NCBI GenBank assembly: GCA_021650915.1
Contig: CP091279.1
Coordinates: 3,330,001-3,362,000, forward strand
Source of the DNA: Candidatus Brocadia sp.
Lineage (GTDB): Bacteria > Planctomycetota > Brocadiia > Brocadiales > Brocadiaceae
Length of the DNA stretch: 32,000 bases
Direction of reading: 5' to 3'
Positions 9,071-17,512 of the stretch are shown here, in pieces. Position 1 is the stretch's first letter. Each line of letters begins with the position of its first letter. The notes under the pieces are model-generated. The model did not search any database and was not told the origin of the DNA. It was given only the letters and a program-made list of their open reading frames with translations. Position numbers and translations under genes: made by a program.

Positions 9071-10620
9071 CGGCTTGTAGTGCCGACCTACCCTCTTGAC
9101 GCATGCAGGAGGAAGTGCGAAAATGCTCGCATGTTTCTCCGAGAAAAGACACGAACGAAGGATGGGAAAACCCACCGGTATTGGAGTGTGGTAGAGAACT
9201 GCCGGGTTACCGGAAGAAGGGTGGTGCAGCGGCAGGTTCTCTATTTGGGAGAACTCAATGACAATCAACGGGCTGGGTGGGTTCGGACGATAGAGGCGGT
9301 GTCGGGTAAAGAACCCAGGCCAAGACAACTGGCGTTGTTTCCCCGGATGACCGGGAAGCCATGCCGATACCGGATGGTGAGACAGTTCGGGTGAGGTTGG
9401 ACAAAATAGAGCTGCGCCATCCACGGGAGTGGGGAGCAAGCTGGTTGGGATTGTATGTATGGAATATGCTGGAACTGGACACATTCTGGAGGATGCGTCT
9501 GCCGTCAAGCCGGAAGGGGACAAGCTGGTTGAATATACTGAAGGCGCTTGTCTGTTACCGGTTGATCGATCCGGGAAGCGAATTTCGTTTTCACCGTGAG
9601 TGGTACGTGCGGAGCGCAACAGGCGATCTGCTGGGAGAGGATTATTCTGGCGCAGAAGGACAAGGCGTATCGTTGTTTGGATTTGTTGCTTGAGCATCGA
9701 GACGAGCTGTTTGCCTATTTAAAGGAGAAGTGGGGCAAGCTCTTTGGGGCGAAGTACGATGTACTGCTGTATGATTTGACGAGTACGTATTTTGAAAGTG
9801 ACCCACCTCCGACTGGATCGGGGAGTAAGAAACGGTTTGGATATAGCCGGGACAAACGTTCGGGTTGCGTGCAGGTGGTAGTGGCGTTGGTATTGACGCC
9901 GGAAGGATTTCCCGTTGCCTACGAAGTGTATCCGGGCAATACCAGAGACACCGCAACGCTGGAGGAATTTCTGGATCGGATCGAAAAGCAGTATGGGAAA
10001 TTCCGGCGTACCTGGCTTATGGATAGAGGTATTCCAACGGAGGAGATGTTGGGGAAGATGCGTGAGCGAGGGAGAGCGTCCGCGTGAAAATTCTTTGGCA
10101 GGAATCGGAGTTTTACGTTTACGTGGAGAGCCATGGCCGGGGGTCTGAGGAGCGTGCCATGCGTCGGCGCGAGGGGCGTTATTTGCTTCGTTCCAACACG
10201 CAGGCCACCGCGCTAGAAACCGTCTGGGAAAATTATTTGCTGTTGACGCGGATAGAACAGGCATTTAAGGACTTGAAGGGGTCTCTTTCCGTCCGCCCCC
10301 TATGGCATCAATTGGAACGGAGAATTGAAGCCCATATCTTTGTTTCCTTTTTGGCTTTTTGTCTCCACACGACACTGCGCAATCTTGCGCGGGGGAGGGC
10401 CGGAGGGCTGACGTCTGAAGCGATTTTGGAAAAACTGTCGGGCATTCAAATGATAGACGTTCATTTACCGACCACGGATGGCCGTCATATTGTCATGAGT
10501 CGTTATACCCAGCCGGAGAAGGACGTTTTACTCCTTTTGGCGCAGTTGGGATTAACGCTTCCTGAACAACCGCCGCCCAAGGTTTACGCATCCGGACAGG
10601 TCGGCCTGTAGTGCCGACCT
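9071..10620 (+). mobile_element. Decayed IS1634-family insertion sequence (boundaries approximate)
   Basis: Bounded by a 19-nt direct repeat with one mismatch: cggcttgtagtgccgacct (9071-9089) and cggcctgtagtgccgacct (10602-10620). The interior encodes only fragments of an IS1634-type DDE transposase. Confidence 0.75.
9131..10611 (+). pseudogene. IS1634-family transposase, disrupted by at least 3 frameshifts and an apparent internal deletion
   Basis: Four consecutive ORF pieces alternate between frames 2,1,2,1 (9080-9394, 9361-9693, 9596-10087, 10084-10611). The N-terminus MFLREKTRTKDGKTHRYWSVVENCRV...VLYLGEL is the hallmark start of IS1634 transposases. The DDE region reads YDLTSTYFES...WLMDRGI. 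ERAMRRREGRYLLRSN looks like a junction that is missing the usual intervening segment. Confidence 0.8.
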
Positions 10621-10624
10621 TTTT
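10598..10624 (+). terminator. Hairpin plus T-run at the right end of the IS-like element
   Basis: aggtcggc (10598-10605), loop ctgtagt, gccgacct (10613-10620), then tttt. The right arm belongs to the 19-nt direct repeat. Confidence 0.35.
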
Positions 10625-10640
10625 ACATGACCCCTTGATT

Positions 10641-10907
10641 TTACTGGCTTAGCGGGTTGTATACCCCTCGAATTGCGAAAGTCGGGCTAAGCGCCTTTTC
10701 AGAAGGAGGAACTGCAATCAGGTGTATATGGTTTGGCATCAGGCAATAGGCCCATACTTCAACATTCCAGTGTGTACACCACTGAGGCATTAGGTCTATG
10801 TATGCCTCATAGTCCTCGTCACAGAAGAATGTCTGTAAACGTCGATTTCCCCGCTGAGTAACATGATGTGGAACTTCCGGTACGACTACACGAGCAATTC
10901 TGGACAT
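10641..10907 (-). pseudogene. REP-associated tyrosine transposase (RAYT, IS200-like Y1 family), N-terminal ~75 aa only
   Basis: MSRIARVVVPEVPHHVTQRGNRR...YCLMPNHIHLIAVP carries the HUH-type motif (NHIHL). The sequence loses similarity after VPPSEKALS and stops, so the region that should hold the catalytic Tyr is absent. The 3' end abuts the IS-like element. Confidence 0.7.
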
Positions 10908-10926
10908 GCACACATCTTAACTATTT

Positions 10927-11077
10927 GTAACACTTTAGTTTTTTGAAAAATTGCAATAATAACAATGTTACCGCACGGTGTAAGGGCGAAGCATTTGCCA
11001 TAAATTGATATAAATGTATTCACACCCCAAGCAGGCAAATGCTTCGCCCCTACTTTTTCAAAAAACTAAAGTGTTAC
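10927..11077. repeat. Nested perfect inverted repeat (REPIN-like) directly 5' of the RAYT stub
   Basis: Outer arms are 24/24 nt: gtaacactttagttttttgaaaaa (10927-10950) and tttttcaaaaaactaaagtgttac (11054-11077). Inner arms are 16/16 nt: gggcgaagcatttgcc (10984-10999) and ggcaaatgcttcgccc (11034-11049). Confidence 0.8.
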
Positions 11078-11120
11078 GAGATGTGCCCCTTTCTTATCGT
11101 TGGAAATTATTCCTCGACGA

Positions 11121-11444
11121 TTACTGCATTCCGCCGCTTAGACGCAACCCGATCATGCCAAGTACAATCAGCACGATTGAAATTATCTTTAGAGCGTTTA
11201 AGGGCTCCCTAAACCATACAATACCCACCGTTGCGATAAGGATTGTCCCCAGTCCCGACCATACTGCGTAGGCAACGCTTACATCCACCTTTCTGAGGGC
11301 GAGAGAGAGCGCAGTAAAGCTGAATCCATAGAAGATAAAGAGCAATACCGACGGCACTATTTTCGTGAAACCCTGGGACAATTTCAGGCACATCGTGCCT
11401 GAGACTTCTAAAAGTATTGCCAAGACCATATAAAGCCAACTCAT
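11121..11444 (-). CDS. Small multidrug resistance (SMR) family transporter (EmrE/QacE/Gdx-like)
   Basis: 107 aa with four TM helices and the conserved membrane Glu in TM1 (LAILLEVSGT). SMR-typical motifs: SVAYAVWSGLGT...IVLGMIGL. RBS AGGAGG. Confidence 0.85.
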   Translation of the reverse strand: MSWLYMVLAILLEVSGTMCLKLSQGFTKIVPSVLLFIFYGFSFTALSLALRKVDVSVAYAVWSGLGTILIATVGIVWFREPLNALKIISIVLIVLGMIGLRLSGGMQ

Positions 11445-11533
11445 GGAATACCTCCTATTTGGCAGGGCTATTGAGCATGGATACGTATCCTATTTTCCTG
11501 ATGTTACTCAATTTGTAATACTGACAAGTCAGA

Positions 11534-11562
11534 ATTATAGGAGTGAAAATTTTCTATGTCAA
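11534..11562 (-). promoter_or_regulatory. Consensus sigma70-type promoter for the SMR gene
   Basis: The minus strand reads TTGACA, then a 17-nt spacer (tagaaaattttcactcc), then TATAAT. A second TTGACATA sits 12 nt upstream (plus-strand coordinates 11569-11574). The predicted leader is ~90 nt. Confidence 0.5.
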
Positions 11563-11635
11563 TATTTATGTCAATTTCCCTTGATTTACGCTGCGCAATT
11601 TTGTTTGATAACAGAAAACTTGTTAATGAAGTTGT

Positions 11636-11864
11636 TATAGTATTACTGTATAAAAACTTCTTTTTTTGTAAGTTTTTCACAAACCCCTTTTCATGAGGTA
11701 CCGTTTTTTATGAGTGAAAGATTGCTTCGCTTCGCTCGCAATGACAACATGCAGTGTGCCATCAAAGTGCAAGGTCGGTGTCATTGCGAGGGTCTTTTCC
11801 GAAGCAATCTCCCCGTTTTCATAAAGAAAATTTGGTTGCGGCTGTGCCGTGCTATGGTTTAACC
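11636..11864. repeat. ~230-bp repeat copy B (inverted partner of 5110-5349)
   Basis: See copy A. Internal palindrome arms: gattgcttcgcttcgctcgcaatgaca and tgtcattgcgagggtcttttccgaagcaatc. Confidence 0.8.
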
Positions 11865-12019
11865 ATAAATACCAATTTGTGCTTACTCCGTTATTCTCGG
11901 AGAAATCAATATGATCCTCTCTTTCACTCCTTTGGGGTTTTTTATACTTCTTTGTCCAGGGACTTTACTCCTGGCTTTGCCCTTTCTACCCGTTGGGCAT
12001 AGATCTCATTTAGGAAGCA

Positions 12020-13186
12020 TCAACTTGCCCGAAGGGCATCCACAATATTCATGCGTGCCGATCTGAATGCAGGCAGCACGCCGCCGAGAAAGCCCATGAT
12101 CAGCGAAAACAGAAGGGATTTATAGATGATGCCAAAGGTAAGGGAAAAGGTGAAGGCGAGTTCGGAAAAGGTCTGAAAATTCATGGTGGAGATGGTAAGG
12201 AGCTGCATGAATGACGCACAAAACAGTCCTGCACAGCCGCCCAACCATCCGATCATCAGGGACTCCATGAGAAAAGCGCCTACGATATTCCTTCTCTGAA
12301 AGCCAAGCGCCCGGAGTGTTCCAATTTCCTTTGTGCGGTTTGCTACTGCTGAATACATGGTAACCATGGCGCCAATGATCGCACCCAGCGAAAAGATGAT
12401 CGTGAGCGACAATCCCATAATGCGCAGGAATTTTGCCATCATCTTCGATTGATCCTCGTAGTAGGTGACCTCCCGTTTTGCCTCAACGGTCAGTCGCGGA
12501 TCGCTTTCCGTGCGCGTCTTGAATTTTACAAACTCAGAAGAATCCCGTAACCGAAAGAGGACTGACGAATACACCGGACGGCGGAATGCCTGCATGAGCT
12601 GATCCACATCCCCCCATATCTCAGAATTAAAACCGGTATTCCCCGCATCAAGCACCCCCACGACCGTCCAGTCCCTCATGCCAAAACGGAGCGTCTCGCC
12701 GATGCCTCCGCCTTTAAATCTTTTTGCGATGCTTTGCCCTGCAATGATCTCGGATGATCCCGTCCGGGGCATGCGACCCTCAGCAAGCCTTACCTGGGGA
12801 CGCAACGAGAGAGAGCTTTCCGAGATTCCCCTGATAACCACATTTGACGGTTTATTGCTTCCCCGTTTTGGAAGATTGATCAGCACCACCAGTTCTTTTG
12901 CCAGCAACCGTCTGCCCTCTGCCCCGAAAGCAACCTCTGTCTGGGTCTCTACGATCGATGCCTGCTGCCGGTCAATGCCACTCTGCACTTCAGAGGCGGC
13001 AGCCTTGCGGATTACCACCACGTTGTCATAGGAACCGGTATTTACCAGAGTTTTCCGCAATCCCTCGGCAAGCATTAAGATCGATGCAAATACGAATACC
13101 ACCAGCGCCATGCCGGACGCCGTAAGTGTCGTGGTCAGCCGGCGCGTCAGGAGATTGCGAAAACTGTATAAAAACGGTATCCTCAC
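12020..13186 (-). CDS. ABC transporter permease, FtsX/MacB-type (second of two)
   Basis: 388 aa. N-terminal TM, a large periplasmic domain, then a C-terminal FtsX-type 3-TM bundle (IGTLRALGFQRRNIVGAF). Starts immediately after the stop of the upstream permease. Confidence 0.85.
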   Translation of the reverse strand: MRIPFLYSFRNLLTRRLTTTLTASGMALVVFVFASILMLAEGLRKTLVNTGSYDNVVVIRKAAASEVQSGIDRQQASIVETQTEVAFGAEGRRLLAKELVVLINLPKRGSNKPSNVVIRGISESSLSLRPQVRLAEGRMPRTGSSEIIAGQSIAKRFKGGGIGETLRFGMRDWTVVGVLDAGNTGFNSEIWGDVDQLMQAFRRPVYSSVLFRLRDSSEFVKFKTRTESDPRLTVEAKREVTYYEDQSKMMAKFLRIMGLSLTIIFSLGAIIGAMVTMYSAVANRTKEIGTLRALGFQRRNIVGAFLMESLMIGWLGGCAGLFCASFMQLLTISTMNFQTFSELAFTFSLTFGIIYKSLLFSLIMGFLGGVLPAFRSARMNIVDALRAS

Positions 13187-14344
13187 TTATCCCATCCTTC
13201 TCAGGCCGTCAGCAATCCGGATTTCTATTGCGCGCCAGGTTGGGATAATTGCCGCAACCAGGCCAACCAGGAGAGATGCGGCAATATCCAGGCAGATGGT
13301 CTTCGTTGCCACATGAAACACCGGAAAGAATGTCCCCATGACGGCGCCAAAGATTTTTGCTATCGGGAAGGTGCAGGCGATACCAATGGTGCAGCCGATG
13401 AGGGAGATAAACAGGGATTCACCGAATATCAATGCCGCAAGATACCGGGCCCCAAACCCCAGCGTTTTCAATATTGCATATTCTCCGATTCGTTCGCGGG
13501 CAGTCATTGCCATGGTGTTGGCCAGCACCGCCATGATTATGATAATTACCACAAAGGAGACCAACTGTATGGCGACAACAATCGCTTCACTCATGGAAAC
13601 AAAACTCATTTGGAATGCCTTTTCGGTCTCGGTCAGGGTTTCCGCGAGGGAATTTTTAAAGGTATGGTCAACCGCCACGGAGACTTCCTCAGCAAGGTCA
13701 GGGTTGTCCACCCCGATGAGATAAAAACCGGTTTGATCTGCCCGACGGGGAGCAGATATTTTCATCATTTCATTCAGATAGTTCCAATGGAAAAAAAACT
13801 GTGTTTCGTCGGTGCTTTTGTCTCTGCCCCGATAGATTCCGCGCAGGATAAACTCCCAGTTGCCCGGGAAAATGGTTCCCTTCAGGGTAATGGCATCGCC
13901 CAGCTCCCAGCCATATTTTATTGCCAACTTCTCTCCGGCGATGGCTGCCCTCCGGTCCCGCAGAAAAGCAGCCATCTGATCCGGCAAAAGCAGGTATTCA
14001 GGATATAATTCCAGGTAGCTTTTCGGCTCCACCGCGAAGTTGGCAAAAAAGTTTTTCTCATCGATATAGATGCCGCCAAACCAGTTTCCGTACGAAACAA
14101 TCTTTACTCCCGGTATCTGCCGTATCTTTTCCTTATAAGAAATCGGAAGTGAAAAAACCAGCGATATGGAATTTCTGGTCACCAGGCGGCTCGCTGAAGA
14201 AGCCTCTACCCCCGCATACCAGGCGCTCACTACGGTTCTCAAAAGGCCAAAGGCAAGAATGACCACGGTAACGCCGAGAATCGTGAGTGATGCGCGAAGT
14301 TTGTGGCGAAAGGTATTTTTAAAGATGATCCTGAAGAGATGCAT
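13187..14344 (-). CDS. ABC transporter permease, FtsX/MacB-type (first of two)
   Basis: 385 aa with the same architecture (IGEYAILKTLGFGARYL). Overlaps the ATPase gene by 26 nt. Confidence 0.85.
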   Translation of the reverse strand: MHLFRIIFKNTFRHKLRASLTILGVTVVILAFGLLRTVVSAWYAGVEASSASRLVTRNSISLVFSLPISYKEKIRQIPGVKIVSYGNWFGGIYIDEKNFFANFAVEPKSYLELYPEYLLLPDQMAAFLRDRRAAIAGEKLAIKYGWELGDAITLKGTIFPGNWEFILRGIYRGRDKSTDETQFFFHWNYLNEMMKISAPRRADQTGFYLIGVDNPDLAEEVSVAVDHTFKNSLAETLTETEKAFQMSFVSMSEAIVVAIQLVSFVVIIIIMAVLANTMAMTARERIGEYAILKTLGFGARYLAALIFGESLFISLIGCTIGIACTFPIAKIFGAVMGTFFPVFHVATKTICLDIAASLLVGLVAAIIPTWRAIEIRIADGLRRMG

Positions 14345-15020
14345 TGAAGATGCCTTTTTCCAGATGCTTTATCAAATGGGCCTTCTCTGCCGCATGGGGA
14401 TCATGGGTAACCATGATAATGGTCTTGCCGAGCTCGGTATTGAGGCGACCTATGAGTTCCAATATCTCGTTTGCCGAAACCCGGTCGAGATCGCCCGTTG
14501 GTTCATCCGCCACCAATATGGTCGGGTCAGTAACAATAGCGCGGGCTATGGCTACCCGCTGTTGCTGTCCACCGGAAAGCTGGCTGGGGTAGTGATGCAA
14601 CCGGTCGGAAAGGTTGACCATCTGAAGCGCTGCTTCCGCATGCTCTCTCCGTTCCTTTCGGGAAAGTCGGGTCAGAAGCAAGGGCAATTCAACATTCCCA
14701 AAGGCGGTGAGAACCGGAATTAAGTTATAAAACTGGAAGATAAATCCCACGTTGGCGGCGCGCCATTGAGCGAGTTCCGTTTCTGATAGCGCGGCAATAT
14801 CGACGCCTCCCACGGTAATAATGCCGCTGTCCGACTTGTCAATACCGGCAATCAGGTTTAACAAGGTGCTCTTTCCGGAACCCGAAGGACCCATCAACGC
14901 CAGAAACTCACCTTCCGCAATATCGAAGGTAATGTTTTCCAATACCGGCACCACCTGATTGCCCCTGCGGTAAGATTTGTTCAGATTCTTTATTTCAACA
15001 AGAGGCGGCTTATCTTTCAT
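14319..15020 (-). CDS. ABC transporter ATP-binding protein (MacB/LolD/DevA-like)
   Basis: Walker A GPSGSGKST, Q-loop, signature LSGGQQQRVAIARA, Walker B ILVADEPTGDLD, H-loop VTHD. Confidence 0.95.
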   Translation of the reverse strand: MKDKPPLVEIKNLNKSYRRGNQVVPVLENITFDIAEGEFLALMGPSGSGKSTLLNLIAGIDKSDSGIITVGGVDIAALSETELAQWRAANVGFIFQFYNLIPVLTAFGNVELPLLLTRLSRKERREHAEAALQMVNLSDRLHHYPSQLSGGQQQRVAIARAIVTDPTILVADEPTGDLDRVSANEILELIGRLNTELGKTIIMVTHDPHAAEKAHLIKHLEKGIFNASLQDHL

Positions 15021-16233
15021 TCTTTACCTTTATCTTTGAACCGTCTCTCAATTTGTTTACCGGTTTAACCGCTATCTTGTCGTCGTGCTTTACACCGTCA
15101 AGGACTTCGATCATATCCCCGATCGTAATTCCCGGTTTAATTGAAGTTTGCACCACGCGGTTGTCTTGTATGAGAAAAACAAAATGTTTGCCGTTCCGGG
15201 TTACAATTGCGCCCGGATTGATGGCCGTCAGGGGTTTTTGCTCTTCCCTTTCGATTGGCCGGGAGAGGAAAGCAACCTTTGCGCTCATTTCAGGCAGGAT
15301 ACGGCTGTCGTTTTCAAGAAAACGCACCTTGACCATGACCGTCGCCTTGCTCCGGTCGGCGGTTGGCACAATCATGTGCACCTCCCCCCGGAAGCGGGAC
15401 CCCGGCAGGGCGTCAAGCTGTATCTCACAGGGTTGCTTCATTTTTACCATTTCCAGATTTGATTCGGAAACGTCCGCCTCAACCTGGAGTGAGTCCATGT
15501 CGGCGATCGTGACAACGGCAGCCTTTGCGTTGGCAGCAGCCCCAATAGGGGTAACGATGTCACCGATATCCGCATTTTTTGTTAAGACCACGGCATCAAA
15601 GGGCGCCCGGATGAGGGTATATTCCAACGAGACCTTAGCCACCTGAAGCGCCGCTGCTCTGGCTTTAATGGAGGCGTTTGCTCCGGCAACGGCAGCCCTT
15701 GCTTTCTGGTAACGGGCTGTGGCCGCATCGTATTCCGCCGGTGTGGTGATCCCCTTTGCCAGCAAATCTTTTTCACGGCGGAAGGAAACCCGTGCATCGT
15801 TCAGTTCGGCTTTTGCCTGCAGAAGGTTGAAGCGCGCAACGCTCAGGTCAGCAACGGCCTGATTCCTCAAGGCAAGGACGTCTTCATTTTCGAGACGGGC
15901 AATGATCTCGCCCTCTTTTACTCTGCTTCCCTCCTCAACGGAGAGCGCGACAAGACGACCGGTAATTTTGGAAGCCACAGCGGCCCTGCGCTGGGCTACC
16001 ACGTAGCCGCTGGCATTCAACAAGGTAAGGGCCTGAGAGGGGTACAACCTGGTAACACTGGCAACTTCAACGGAGATCGCCGGCGTCAGCGCCCCGCTAA
16101 GGTAAAGGAAAACCATTCCTGCAATCATAATCACTGCCAGCGCCGTGCGATAGTATGGTTTTTTATGGCGTACCGGACGAATGCCCTTTATCGACTTATC
16201 GATCGTTAATTTTAAAAGGTCTTTCTGTGACAT
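15010..16233 (-). CDS. Efflux periplasmic adaptor (HlyD/MFP family, MacA/DevB-like)
   Basis: 407 aa. N-terminal TM anchor, a lipoyl-like domain, a coiled-coil hairpin (LLQAKAELNDARV...AAALQVAKVSLEYT) and a beta-barrel region. Overlaps the ATPase gene by 11 nt. Confidence 0.9.
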   Translation of the reverse strand: MSQKDLLKLTIDKSIKGIRPVRHKKPYYRTALAVIMIAGMVFLYLSGALTPAISVEVASVTRLYPSQALTLLNASGYVVAQRRAAVASKITGRLVALSVEEGSRVKEGEIIARLENEDVLALRNQAVADLSVARFNLLQAKAELNDARVSFRREKDLLAKGITTPAEYDAATARYQKARAAVAGANASIKARAAALQVAKVSLEYTLIRAPFDAVVLTKNADIGDIVTPIGAAANAKAAVVTIADMDSLQVEADVSESNLEMVKMKQPCEIQLDALPGSRFRGEVHMIVPTADRSKATVMVKVRFLENDSRILPEMSAKVAFLSRPIEREEQKPLTAINPGAIVTRNGKHFVFLIQDNRVVQTSIKPGITIGDMIEVLDGVKHDDKIAVKPVNKLRDGSKIKVKNER

Positions 16234-16237
16234 GGAT

Positions 16238-17350
16238 CTATCGAATTTCTCTCGTTACTCCTTCCATCTCTTCCAGCTTTCCTTCGATAATCTCTCCTTC
16301 CAGTTTGACCACCTCACGGAAGGCGATCCCTTCCCGCCAGAGGAAAAGAAAGCCCATGATCGTAGAAGGAAGTATGCTGATGGCCCATAAAACAATGGCA
16401 TAACTCTGAGCAGCGGTAGTTTCTATTCCAAAGAGATGCAATGATTTCAGCACGGCGATATGGAAGACACCGATATAGCCGGGAGCCTGGGGCAGGGCAA
16501 CTGCCAGCGCAAGACACACAGCGACGAGACACGCCGCAACAAAGGGGAGATGCATGTGGAAGGAAAAACCAAGGAGATAGATTTCCGCCCCTCCGAGGAT
16601 CCAGATGAAGATTGAAAGCGCCATGGCCCATCCTGCCTGCGTCTTGTCTTCCAGAATTTTCAGGCCGTAAACAAAAGATTCGTACATGCCCAAAATCCTG
16701 TCTTTCAGGGTATGCGGAAGAAAGAAGCAAAACTTTGAGAGTAATTGCCTGAAAAAATCGGGTTTCATAACAACGGAAAAAAGCGAGGCAAGGGTGATGA
16801 CCCCTAACGCTGCGAATACTTCGGTCCATTTTTTCAGGGAGGGAAGTATTGATTCATTTACAACACCCACCTGATTTGCGGAAACGCTTGCAAGTGTGTT
16901 AGGCTGTGGCGCAGAGGGGTGCGGAAGCAAGGCAATGACAACCACGGTAAACAAGATGAGCCCCAGCATGTCAAAAATCCGCTCCATAATCACCGTGGCG
17001 AAGGAGGTTGAAAATTTTATATTCTCTTTTTTCGTCAGGATAAACGGCCTTAAAACTTCTCCCACCCGCGCGGGGAGAACGTTGTTCGCCATAAAACCGA
17101 TGCAGGTAACCGACAACAAATTGAGCACCGAAATGAGTTTGATATGCGACAGCAATCCGCGCCAACGGATCGCCCTCACGACGTACACCAGCAGCGTTAA
17201 AATGATCGTTGGGATGATGAACCAGTAGTTCGCATCCAGCAAGGCGCTTTTCAGAAGTCCCCATTCGATATTTCTGATAAATAACCATGTGCAGACAATG
17301 CTGATTAGAATACTGAAGATAAACAGGATGTTCTTTTTGCTAAGTTTCAT
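16238..17350 (-). CDS. Polytopic membrane protein, UPF0104 / lysyl-phosphatidylglycerol synthase TM-region-like (flippase-like)
   Basis: 370 aa with ~8 predicted TM helices. Family-typical features: RAIRWRGLL, NNVLPARVGEVLR, APGYIGVF. The stop is 4 nt from the adaptor start. Confidence 0.65.
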   Translation of the reverse strand: MKLSKKNILFIFSILISIVCTWLFIRNIEWGLLKSALLDANYWFIIPTIILTLLVYVVRAIRWRGLLSHIKLISVLNLLSVTCIGFMANNVLPARVGEVLRPFILTKKENIKFSTSFATVIMERIFDMLGLILFTVVVIALLPHPSAPQPNTLASVSANQVGVVNESILPSLKKWTEVFAALGVITLASLFSVVMKPDFFRQLLSKFCFFLPHTLKDRILGMYESFVYGLKILEDKTQAGWAMALSIFIWILGGAEIYLLGFSFHMHLPFVAACLVAVCLALAVALPQAPGYIGVFHIAVLKSLHLFGIETTAAQSYAIVLWAISILPSTIMGFLFLWREGIAFREVVKLEGEIIEGKLEEMEGVTREIR

Positions 17351-17512
17351 GATAACCTTTCATAACAGGAGTTGCGGGAATTTTCCATTTTGGACGTGGA
17401 GACTTTGTTGTGAACGCTCAGTCGAACGATGAATATGATACACAGGAGAAAGACCTTGCGGTTGCCGATGAGTATCGAAGAAAACTTGTTCACCCATAAA
17501 ACAGATGGGTAT

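Noticed and set aside
9065-10264. Minus-strand ORFs of 210 and 181 aa across the IS element
   Set aside because: They are antisense to the recognisable IS1634 transposase fragments, are Pro/Ser/Arg-rich and have no family resemblance.
11445-11533. Possible guanidine riboswitch (ykkC, mini-ykkC or ykkC-III) in the ~90-nt leader of the SMR gene, since such riboswitches commonly precede SMR/Gdx exporters
   Set aside because: The leader has only two short palindromes. One has an ACGU loop rather than ACGR and the other has a 2-nt loop. There is no paired ACGR hairpin arrangement, no GGGA/ACGR ykkC core and no ykkC-III-like pseudoknot sequence. An Infernal scan would settle it.
5110-11864. Interpreting the inverted 235-bp repeats as the ends of a composite transposon
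   Set aside because: The repeats encode no transposase. The only transposase genes inside (IS1634-type and RAYT) are internal, decayed and unrelated to the repeat ends. I see no target-site duplication outside 5110 or 11864. I kept this as an open finding about a repeat-bracketed segment rather than calling it a transposon.
11754-12002. 82-aa plus-strand ORF
   Set aside because: It is a translation of repeat copy B (SLRGSFPKQS comes from the same palindrome), so it is a repeat artefact.
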